Positions 18,907 through 27,900 of a DNA stretch of 64,000 bases are shown in pieces (the stretch's first letter is position 1; the number at the start of each line of letters is the position of its first letter). A model generated the notes under the pieces. That model searched no databases and was not told where the DNA came from. It saw nothing but the letters and a program-made list of their open reading frames with translations. Source of the DNA: Gemmatimonadota bacterium (GTDB lineage Bacteria; Gemmatimonadota; Gemmatimonadetes; Longimicrobiales; RSA9); NCBI GenBank assembly GCA_039715185.1, contig JBDLIA010000005.1, positions 6,587 through 70,586 on the forward strand, in the 5' to 3' direction. The translations under genes and the position numbers were made by a program.

Positions 18907-20364
18907 ATGATGCCGGAATCGGGTCGCGCCAAGCTGACGCTCACGCTGAACACGATCGCGTTCACCGTCTGTTTTGCGGCGTGGATGCTGAACGGCGTGC
19001 TCGTGACGTTCCTCATCGACAACCAGGTCTTCGATTGGAACGCCCGGCAGATGGGGTGGCTGATCGGCATACCCGTGCTGACCGGCGCGCTCACTCGCCT
19101 GCCGGTCGGCTTGCTGACGGACAAGTTCGGCGGACGACCGGTGTACGCCCTGCTGATGCTCGCGTCGGCCATCCCCATGTACCTGCTGAGCCGCGCGGAC
19201 AGCTACGGCGAGTTCCTCCTCGCGAGCCTGGGCTTCGGCCTCACGGGAGCTTCCTTCGCCGTCGGGATCGCCTTCACATCCGTGTGGTTCACGCCGAAGC
19301 ACCAGGGCACGGCGCTGGGCATCTTCGGCGCCGGGAACGCGGGCGCCGCGCTGACGACGCTGGGAGCGCCCTCCCTGCTCCAGTCGCTCACGGCGGGGGG
19401 CACGTCGCTCGAAGGCTGGCGGACGTTGCCGCAGCTTTACGCGGCCGGGCTGGTAGCCATGGCCGTGATCTTCTTCCTGGGCACCCGCAACCGGAAGGCC
19501 CACGGCGCCGCGGACAAGACGCTGCGCGGCATGCTCGAGCCGCTCAGGCACATGCGCGTGTGGCGCTTCGGGCTCTACTACTTCCTCGTGTTCGGCGGCT
19601 TCGTGGCGCTCGCGCAGTGGCTGGTCCCGTACTACGTCAACGTCTACTCGATGACGATCGTCACGGCGGGATTGATGACGTCGATCTTCTCGCTTCCATC
19701 CGGTGTCATCCGCGCTCTCGGGGGCTGGATGTCCGATGTCTTCGGGCCGCGACGCGTGTTGTATTGGGTGCTCGGCGTCACCGCGATCTGCTGCTTCCTG
19801 CTGGTCTTCCCGAGGATGGACCTGGAGTCGCCGGGCAAGGGCGTCATGGCGCAGCGCGCGGGAACCGTGACCGCCGTTTCGCCCGCGGAGATCAGCGTCG
19901 ATGAACGCTCGTATGCGCTGGTGGAAGCGCCGAGCGCGGCGATCTTCACCGACGAGGGGACCCTCATCCTGCCGGTCGCGCGCACCTGGCAGGAGCCGGC
20001 CGTGGACGTGGGACAGGCCGTCGCCAAGAGGGAGCTGCTGGCGCGCGGGGTAACCCACATCTACTTCCAGGCCAACGTCTGGATCTTCACCGCCCTGGTG
20101 TTCCTCATCGGCATCGCCATGGGCATCGGCAAGGCCGCCGTCTACAAGTACATCCCCGATTACTTCCCCGACGACGTGGGCGTGGTCGGGGGCATGGTGG
20201 GCGTGCTCGGCGGCCTGGGCGGCTTCGTGTGCCCGATTCTCTTCGGGGCCCTGCTGGACTCCATGGGCCTGTGGACCACCACCTGGATGTTCCTGTTCGG
20301 CGTCTCCGTGGCGTGCCTCGTCTGGCTGACCGTGGTCGTCCGCCAGATGTCCAGGCAGATCTGA
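18907..20364 (+). CDS. narK: NarK-type nitrate/nitrite MFS transporter (first of two)
   Basis: MFS with nitrate/nitrite-porter-like motifs (GALTRLPVGLLTDKFGGRP; GAGNAGAALT). Carries a ~85-aa hydrophilic insertion at nt 19813-20070. Confidence 0.88.
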   Translation: MMPESGRAKLTLTLNTIAFTVCFAAWMLNGVLVTFLIDNQVFDWNARQMGWLIGIPVLTGALTRLPVGLLTDKFGGRPVYALLMLASAIPMYLLSRADSYGEFLLASLGFGLTGASFAVGIAFTSVWFTPKHQGTALGIFGAGNAGAALTTLGAPSLLQSLTAGGTSLEGWRTLPQLYAAGLVAMAVIFFLGTRNRKAHGAADKTLRGMLEPLRHMRVWRFGLYYFLVFGGFVALAQWLVPYYVNVYSMTIVTAGLMTSIFSLPSGVIRALGGWMSDVFGPRRVLYWVLGVTAICCFLLVFPRMDLESPGKGVMAQRAGTVTAVSPAEISVDERSYALVEAPSAAIFTDEGTLILPVARTWQEPAVDVGQAVAKRELLARGVTHIYFQANVWIFTALVFLIGIAMGIGKAAVYKYIPDYFPDDVGVVGGMVGVLGGLGGFVCPILFGALLDSMGLWTTTWMFLFGVSVACLVWLTVVVRQMSRQI

Positions 20365-20403
20365 TGACCGGCCTCGGCGCACGCCGAGCGAAAGGCACCT
20401 GAA

Positions 20404-21993
20404 ATGGCGGAAGGAAGTGAATTCGGCTCGGACCCGGATCTAGGCGTCCCCGGCCACGGAATCGCGGCCTGGGAGGTGGAAGACGAGGCGTTCTGGGCGA
20501 GCACGGGCCGGCGGGTGGCGATCCGGAATCTCCTGATCTCGATACCGTGCCTGCTGGTGGCGTTCGCGGTCTGGCTCGCGTGGTCGATCATCATCGTCCA
20601 GATGGAGACCCTCGGGTTCCCGTTTTCGAAGGTCGAGCTTTACACGCTGCCGGCCATCGCGGGCCTGTCCGGGGCCACGCTACGGATCCCGAACTCGTTC
20701 ATGATCGCCATCTCGGGCGGCCGCAACGTGATCGGGGTTACCACCGCGCTGCTTCTCCTGCCCACGGCCGGCCTCGGGTTCGCGCTGCAAGATCCGAGTA
20801 CCGGCTACGCCGGATTCGTCGTCCTGGCTGCGCTTTCAGGCATCGGCGGGGGCGCGTTCGCCTCCTCCATGTCAAACATCAGCTTCTTCTTCCCCAAGCG
20901 CATGCAGGGACTGTCGCTGGGACTGAACGCCGGTCTCGGAAATCTGGGGGTCAGCGTCATGCAGCTCCTGTTGCCCGCGGTCGCCACCTTGGCGCTGTTC
21001 GGAGCCGTGGGAGGAGCCGGAAGAGCCGGGCCGGACGGCGGCGAGGTGTGGATCCAGAACAGCGGGCTCGTCTGGGTGCCGATCCTTCTGCTGCTGGTCG
21101 TCCTCGCCTTCCTGTTCATGGACAACCTCCCGCTGCACCGCGTCGGATCGACCGCCGGCGCCATCTGGAGGATGTTGTCGCTCGAGTTCCTGGGGCTCGC
21201 CGGAGCGGCGCTGGGAATCGGGCTCCTTCTCGGCTTCGACCTTGGCCTACCGGACCTGGTCAGGATTCTGCTCGTCCTGGCGCTTAGCGTGTCCGCGACG
21301 CTGCTTCTGATGCGGTACGCCGCGCCGGCCGCGGTGCGCCAGAGCCTGGCGACTCAGTTCGCCATCTTCCGCGAGAAGCACAACTGGGTGATGACCTGGC
21401 TGTACACGATGACGTTCGGCTCCTTCATCGGGTACTCGGCCGCCTTCCCCAAGCTCATTCAGGACGTGTTCGGCAGTCTGCCGGACGGCTCGCCGGCGCT
21501 GAACGCGCCGAACCCGCTGCACTACGCCTGGCTCGGACCGCTGGTCGGGTCGCTCATCCGTCCCGTCGGCGGCTGGCTGGCCGACAAGCTGGGCGGCGCG
21601 CGGGTCACCCATTGGGACACGCTACTCATGATCGGATCGGCGATCGGCGTTGCGATCACGGTCCGGCTGGCGGGGGCGGCTGACAGCCCCGACGCCTACT
21701 GGTGGCCCTTCTTCGCCCTCTTCATGGTTCTGTTCGTGGCGACCGGGATCGGCAACGGCTCCACCTTCCGCATGGTGCCGATCATCTTCAGACCCGAACT
21801 CGCCGGGCCCGTGCTGGGCTGGACTTCGGCCATCGCGGCCTACGGCGCGTTCATCATTCCGCGCATCTTCGGAGGGCAGATCGAGGCCGGTACGCCCGAG
21901 TACGCGTTGTACGGTTTCGCCGGCTACTATGTGAGCTGCCTGGCGGTAAACTGGTGGTTCTACGCGCGCAAGGGCGCCGAGATTCCGTGCTGA
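20404..21993 (+). CDS. narK: NarK-type nitrate/nitrite MFS transporter (second; NarK2/NarT-like)
   Basis: 529 aa and 12 or more TM segments. NNP signature regions (GLNAGLGNLGVSVMQ; TGIGNGSTFRMVP). Confidence 0.9.
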   Translation: MAEGSEFGSDPDLGVPGHGIAAWEVEDEAFWASTGRRVAIRNLLISIPCLLVAFAVWLAWSIIIVQMETLGFPFSKVELYTLPAIAGLSGATLRIPNSFMIAISGGRNVIGVTTALLLLPTAGLGFALQDPSTGYAGFVVLAALSGIGGGAFASSMSNISFFFPKRMQGLSLGLNAGLGNLGVSVMQLLLPAVATLALFGAVGGAGRAGPDGGEVWIQNSGLVWVPILLLLVVLAFLFMDNLPLHRVGSTAGAIWRMLSLEFLGLAGAALGIGLLLGFDLGLPDLVRILLVLALSVSATLLLMRYAAPAAVRQSLATQFAIFREKHNWVMTWLYTMTFGSFIGYSAAFPKLIQDVFGSLPDGSPALNAPNPLHYAWLGPLVGSLIRPVGGWLADKLGGARVTHWDTLLMIGSAIGVAITVRLAGAADSPDAYWWPFFALFMVLFVATGIGNGSTFRMVPIIFRPELAGPVLGWTSAIAAYGAFIIPRIFGGQIEAGTPEYALYGFAGYYVSCLAVNWWFYARKGAEIPC

Positions 21994-22034
21994 CCTGGGG
22001 AGGAGGACACGGGTCGACCCGGCTGCGGTCGCGC

Positions 22035-23297
22035 GTGTGGCGCCTTGGTCGATCGGCCTCGCGCCTGGTGGCTGTGGCTCTCGTGGGGTTCGGTTTGGCC
22101 ACCCAGGCCGCCGCTCAGGCCGATAGCACCGAATTCAAGTTGTCGGCGGACGTCCGCGTGCGTAGCGAGATGGACGCGCGTACGTCCGGGGCGGCCTCCG
22201 ATCACGCGACGCTGCTGCGCTCACGCCTGGCCGTGACGGCGCGGCGCGGCAGCCTGAGCGCGCTCGTCCAGATCTCCGACTCGCGCGCGTTCGGAGAGGA
22301 GACGAACACGCTGGCCGACGCGACCGCCGACCGCATGGACGTGCCGCAGGCGTACCTGGCCTGGACGCCGCGCGACGAGCTCCGTTTCGTGATCGGCCGC
22401 CAGGAGCTGGCTTTCGCCGACCAGCGGCTCGTCGGGTCCGTGCAGTGGACGAACGTGAACCGCTCTTTCGACGGCGCCCGCCTCACGTTGCTCCACGCGG
22501 ATTGGGTGATCGACGGCTTCGCGGCCGTGCTCGACGAACGCGCCGCGCTCATGGCCACGGGGCTCGATCCCAGGATCAACGGCGACTCGTCGGGCGACCG
22601 CTCCCTGTTCGGGCTCTGGGCTGCCAACGCCAGCGTGGACCTGTTCGCGCTGGCGGATCGAAACGCCACCAACGGGGCGACCCGGACGGACATCGATCGG
22701 GTCACGCTCGGCGCGCGAGGGCGTGAGCAGTTGGGCCCCGTGGCGGTCGAGGCGACCGCGGCGGCCCAATTCGGACATCAGACGCAGGGTGTCGCATCCC
22801 GCCAGGATATCGGCGCATACATGGTCACGGCCGCGGGCACCTACGGCTTCCGCGGACCGCTCGGTGGACGACTCGGCCTGCAGGTCGACTACCTGTCTGG
22901 AGACGACACTCCGCTGGACGGAACCTTCCGGGGCTTCAACACGCTCTACGCGACGAATCACAAATTCTACGGCTTCATGGACATGTTCCTGAACATGCGC
23001 GCTCATGTTGCCGACCTCGGCCTCGTGGACGGCGTCGTCCGCGGCGTGATCCGGCCGGCCGGCTGGACGGTCAAGGCGGACCTGCACCGATTCTGGCTCG
23101 CGCGCGCCTCGCCGGTCGGGGAGAGAGGGCTGGGCTACGAGCTCGACCTGACGGCGTCGGGGACCCTCGATCACGGACTGGGAGTCCAGGCCGGATACAG
23201 CCTGTTCGTGGCGTCCTCCGCCGGCGAGTCGGCACCTATCGGGCTTGGAGACGAAGTCTTGCACTGGGCGTACGTTCAACTGCTGGCACGCTTCTGA
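22035..23297 (+). CDS. alginate-export (AlgE-like) family outer-membrane beta-barrel porin
   Basis: GTG 22035 gives a signal peptide (VWRLGRSASRLVAVALVGFGLATQAAAQA). Then alternating beta-strand sequence with Alginate_exp-like motifs (QELAFADQRLVGSVQWTNVNRSFDGARL). GTG 21987 is an alternative start. Confidence 0.75.
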   Translation: MWRLGRSASRLVAVALVGFGLATQAAAQADSTEFKLSADVRVRSEMDARTSGAASDHATLLRSRLAVTARRGSLSALVQISDSRAFGEETNTLADATADRMDVPQAYLAWTPRDELRFVIGRQELAFADQRLVGSVQWTNVNRSFDGARLTLLHADWVIDGFAAVLDERAALMATGLDPRINGDSSGDRSLFGLWAANASVDLFALADRNATNGATRTDIDRVTLGARGREQLGPVAVEATAAAQFGHQTQGVASRQDIGAYMVTAAGTYGFRGPLGGRLGLQVDYLSGDDTPLDGTFRGFNTLYATNHKFYGFMDMFLNMRAHVADLGLVDGVVRGVIRPAGWTVKADLHRFWLARASPVGERGLGYELDLTASGTLDHGLGVQAGYSLFVASSAGESAPIGLGDEVLHWAYVQLLARF

Positions 23298-23314
23298 GCG
23301 CGCCGGTCTCCCCC

Positions 23315-23926
23315 TTACCGCACCAGCACCCGCCCGCGCATTCGCTCGAGAGTAGCGGGGCCGATCCCGCGTACCGCCAGCAGTTCCTCCAGGGAGCGAA
23401 ACGGCCCGGCGCTGTCCCGGTGGGCGATGATGCGGCCGGCCAGGGCGGGCCCGATCCCGGGCAAGGTCTCCAGCTCCGCCGGTGCTGCCCGGTTCACGTC
23501 TACCGCGCGCGCTAATCCTCGGTCTGTGGCCGGCGGCCTGACGAATCCCAGGTCGATGAAGGGGCGGATTTTCTCCAGCGTGGCCGGACCCACGCCGCGC
23601 ACCCGCAGCAGGTCGCCCGGGGTCGCGAACGGCGCGGTGTCCCGGGTGGCCACGATGCGGTCGGCCGTCTGCGGACCGATGCCCGGCAGACGATCCAGCT
23701 GGGCCGCCGTGGCGCGGTTGGGATCCAGCGTCTCCCCGTCGGCGAGCGGGCGCGAGCGGGCGCGGCCGTCCTCCAGCGCCTCCCCGCTTTCCGTCTCGAG
23801 CGCCTGGAGGTCCACGTCTTCGGCCAGGAGCGCCGCGTCGCCGGGTCCGGTCACCAGCCGAATGCCACCCGACAGGGTCAGCAGAAAAGCGATGAACGCC
23901 AGCGCCCGGGCCTCGTCGCGTGTCAC
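23315..23926 (-). CDS. ComEA-like tandem helix-hairpin-helix DNA-binding protein
   Basis: N-terminal TM anchor. Two HhH units: LDPNRATAAQLDRLPGIGPQTADRIV and VDVNRAAPAELETLPGIGPALAGRII. Confidence 0.85.
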   Translation of the reverse strand: MTRDEARALAFIAFLLTLSGGIRLVTGPGDAALLAEDVDLQALETESGEALEDGRARSRPLADGETLDPNRATAAQLDRLPGIGPQTADRIVATRDTAPFATPGDLLRVRGVGPATLEKIRPFIDLGFVRPPATDRGLARAVDVNRAAPAELETLPGIGPALAGRIIAHRDSAGPFRSLEELLAVRGIGPATLERMRGRVLVR

Positions 23927-23992
23927 CTCCCCTCCCTTCCACCGCGGTCGGCCTCCGCCGGGGCTCGGCGGCGACCACGGGAGGGGTCCCGC

Positions 23993-24940
23993 CTACCCGC
24001 CCGAGAGAATCAACTGGGTGAGCACCTCGCCCACCGCCTCCAGCCCCTCCGGAGACGTGTTCTCGAGCACGTCGCCCGTGGTATGCCAGTACGGGTAGTT
24101 GAAGTCGATGATGTCGATCGTCCGAAAACCCGCCTGGTTCAGCGGAATGTGATCGTCTTCTATGGACAGCCCGACGACCCGCGGGAAGTACCGCGCCATG
24201 CCGATCTCTTCGGCGGTCCGGTAAACCAGGTCAACGACCTCCGGCGCCAGGCTCTGAGACTGCCCCTCGATCGGGAAGGAGGGCGATTTGTCACCCACCA
24301 TGTCGATCAGGATCCCGTACAGCGGCCGGTAGCCGGGCGGCGGGTTCGCCGCGAAGTGCTTTGCCCCCAGGTACATCTCGCCGACGCCGAAGTCCTCGCC
24401 GTCGGTGAACAGTAGGTCCACTCCCAGGGGCGGAGAATGGCTGGATAGGACGCGCGCCAGCTCCATCAGCACCGCCACCCCGCTGCCGCCGTCGTTGGCG
24501 CCGAGGATCGGCTCGCCTCGGCGCGCGGAATCCGGATCCTGATCCGCCATGGGGCGCGTGTCCCAATGCGCTACCAGCAACACACGGTGGACCTCCGCCG
24601 GCCGGAAGCGCGCGAACACGTTGGTCATCGAGACGGAATCGCCCGAGAGGGCGCCGTGCACGAAGGGCCGCACCTCCACGGTGTCCGCCAGGGCTCGCAG
24701 GTGCTCCAGCATCCACTCCAGCTGAGCGGCGTGTCCGGGGCCGCCGGGGAAGCGCGGTCCGAATGAGACCTGATGGGCTATGAGCGCGTGCGCCGAGTCC
24801 GCGTCGAAGTCGACCGGAACGAGCACGCGCGCGCGCGAAGACCGGTCCTGTCCTGGCGCCGCATCGCAGCCCGCTGCCAGAACGAGGCCGAGCGCGATCG
24901 GCAGCGCGGCCAGGCGTCGCCTCCGGCTCGTGTGCGCCAT
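23993..24940 (-). CDS. M28-family metallopeptidase lipoprotein
   Basis: The start ATG (24940-24938) overlaps the sprA-like stop (TGATG). Lipobox LVLAAGC. Zn-ligand regions VAHWDTRP, NDGGSGVAVLMELA and LFTDGEDFG. Confidence 0.85.
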   Translation of the reverse strand: MAHTSRRRRLAALPIALGLVLAAGCDAAPGQDRSSRARVLVPVDFDADSAHALIAHQVSFGPRFPGGPGHAAQLEWMLEHLRALADTVEVRPFVHGALSGDSVSMTNVFARFRPAEVHRVLLVAHWDTRPMADQDPDSARRGEPILGANDGGSGVAVLMELARVLSSHSPPLGVDLLFTDGEDFGVGEMYLGAKHFAANPPPGYRPLYGILIDMVGDKSPSFPIEGQSQSLAPEVVDLVYRTAEEIGMARYFPRVVGLSIEDDHIPLNQAGFRTIDIIDFNYPYWHTTGDVLENTSPEGLEAVGEVLTQLILSGG

Positions 24941-27900
24941 CACCTGCGCAACCCCACCGCGCTCGGGAAGCGGCCGAACTGGAAGTCGAACTGGCCGAAC
25001 AGGGTGAACAGGACCTGACGATTGCCTTCGCGGATCCCGGTGGAACTCTGGCGATCCGTGTAGGACAGGTTCGCGCCCAGGTTGATGCGGTTCAGCACGG
25101 TGTCCAACTGGACGGACAGGGTCTGGGTCACGAAATCCGATGTCGCGGTGCACGTGTCTGCCTCTTCCGTCTGGCCCGCGAAGCGGGTCCGGCAGGAAAA
25201 CTGCGAGTCTCGCCGGTAGCCGAGCGTCGCGTGGATTGGCTGGGAGAAGGACTCCCAAGCCTCGGGGGCGTCCAGCGATCCGCGCATCTCCACGTTGTGG
25301 CGGTCGTTGCGACGTTGGGTCTCGCCGGTCGGGTCCTTGCTCACCCCCTCGGACAGGCTGCCGTTGTAGTTGACCGACATTCCGTTCAGCAGCGACATGC
25401 TGAAGCGCAGCGGCACCGACGTATCCTCGCTCGTGCGCGACTGCGTGGTGCTACCGAAACGATTCTGCCGCTCGGTCACCCGGAAGCCCGCGCTCAAGTT
25501 CATGCTGCCCACCTTGCCGCGCAGGAAGCCCGGTACCGGCACGCGGCTCCAGCGCCAGTTTACATCGGGCCAGGTTCGCGACTCGGTATCTTGGTCGCCG
25601 CCCCGATCCGCGAGCGCGCGCGAGTCACCGGTCTGGTAGCCGACGGAAAGCGCGCTGCCGAGCGGCAGGTCGAAGCCCCCGTCGACGCTGAAGCTGCCCG
25701 TCTCGCGAACCGTGCGCGCCACCGACCCTCCCACGGTCCGGAAGTCCTCGAGGTCACCGAAGCCGAACTGATAGCCCACCTCGGGTGACGCGAGGTTGCG
25801 ATCGAACTGTGAAGAAAGCCCGTCCTGCCACCGCAGGTCGATATCATCCAGGCGACTTATGAGCCCGACCAGGCCGCGGCGCAGCAATCCCGCGTCTTCG
25901 CCCGCCGTGCCGAGCAGAACCGCGCCGAGCACGCTCGGACTGAAGCTGAACTGGCGTCCGAGCGCCCGCTGCCCACGGAATTGTCTCTGCAGACGCGCGA
26001 CGCTGTCTTCGTCCTGCACCTCGAAGGCCACGAAACTCGGGTTCCTGTCGGCCGAGTACTGGGTATTCCAGCTCAGGCCCGGGCGGAGCCACTCGAACAA
26101 CTCCGGGTTGAAGTTGAAACCGGTGCTCATGCTCCGGTTCCGCTCCCAGCCCACGCCCAGCCCCAGGAACTCGCCTCGCTCCTGCTCGAGCGCGGCCTGA
26201 ACCGCGCCCGACTGCGTCGCGAGGAAGGGTTCCAACAGATCGCGATTGCTGGTGATGGCGAAGGTCGCGTCCATGCTGCGGAACGGCTGGAGGCCGATGC
26301 GGGCCTGCGAGCGAAGGGACCTGGCCGGCGAGCTGGTCGGCGCGAACAGGGTATCGTCCGGCAGCTCCAGAATCTTGTCGAACCGGAAAGTGCGCGCTTC
26401 GGTGTCCTGGAAGGTGGTCTGCAGCGTGAGCGCGGATGGACTCCAGCGGAATCGCGCCTCCGTGAAATTACGGAAAATCGTGCTCCGCTCGACGAACCCC
26501 GGCAGAACCCAGCGCAGCGCGTCTTCGAGAAACGTGGGCGTGGGGTCGAATTCGCGAGCCCCTGGGCGCCGGTTGTAACCGGCCCCGGCGGTGAAGCCGC
26601 TCGCCTCCGAACGGGTGGTGGAGGCCGACGACTCCGACGATCGCCAGTTGGCGTTCAGCGACAAGCCGTCCACCACCGCGCTGACCCACGGGTTGGCGGT
26701 GGGCGTCGCCTTGCGCAAGCTCACGCCCACGTTTGTGGTGCGGGAGCCGATCTCACGCAGCCCCTCCAGTCCGCGCGCCGTAATGTCGCTTCGGTTCAGG
26801 AAGAACGGATCCGTGTCCGTGCGCGCGTGCGCGACCTGGACGGGCAGGTCCAGCCCCCAGGACGACGGCGCGAAGTTGCCGAGCTGCATCCTCGAGTTCA
26901 CCGACAGCGTGCGGTCCGCCTCGAAATCCGGGCGGCTGTCCAGGCCACGCTGGAAGCGCTCGCTCTCGCTGCTGAAGCTCACGTTGGCGCTCATGAAGTC
27001 GGCGGCGTTGATGGCCAGATTCACGTCGGTGGCCACGCCCGAGCGGGTGTCGGGCTGGTCCAGGCGCAGCTCGTTGAACCACACCTCCCCCGAGGACGGA
27101 AAATCGCCGCCGTTGAATACGGCCAGGGACAGCTCCCGGATGGACGCGAGGTTCGGCGCACGCGCCCGGTCTTGAAGCACCACCGCGTAGGTGCTGTCCG
27201 CGTTCCAGATCTCGATACGCCCGTCGCCCGCCGCGGTGCCCGGGTCGGGCACGATGTCGCCGGACCCCACCACGATCGGCCCGTTCGGATCGGGCGGAGC
27301 CACCCGACGAATCAACGAGTCCTCCGCCATCACGCGCAGGTCTTTCCACTCCTGGAAGTCCATCGGCACGTCCACCCAGTCGCCCCGGCCGAGGGCGTCG
27401 CTGGTCACTGGCTCGCTCAGGCGCGTACGCCGCAGGTAGTAGTTGCTCCCGTCGGTGCCGAACTTGATCAGCAGCGACTGGTCACCGCCGTCGCCGAAGT
27501 TGCCGGCCCGCGGCAACGCCCACATGCGCACGCGCTGGTACTCGAGCAGGTCGCGCGGACGATTCAGGTAGCGGAAGAAGACCTCACCGCGCTCGCCGGG
27601 CCCCACGTCCTGATAGGTCAGTCTCAAGCCCTTCTCGTTGATCTCCTGGCGACTCGTGCCCACGCCGGCCGTTACGTCCTGGGCCCGGTCGCTGGTATTG
27701 GGCGGAGAAACGTACGCCGGCTCGTTGACGCGACTGACGGGGGCGACGCTCACGGCCGCGCTGCCGGAGGACGCTCCCTCGCCAGCGCCGGTGAGGCCGT
27801 CGATCAGGCCGTGTCCCTCTCGCTTCGGCCAGCGGCCGCCCAGCAGCTTCGGCCTCGCCAGGGTGATCACCGGCGCCGACTGATTGGGGTCGTCGACCGA

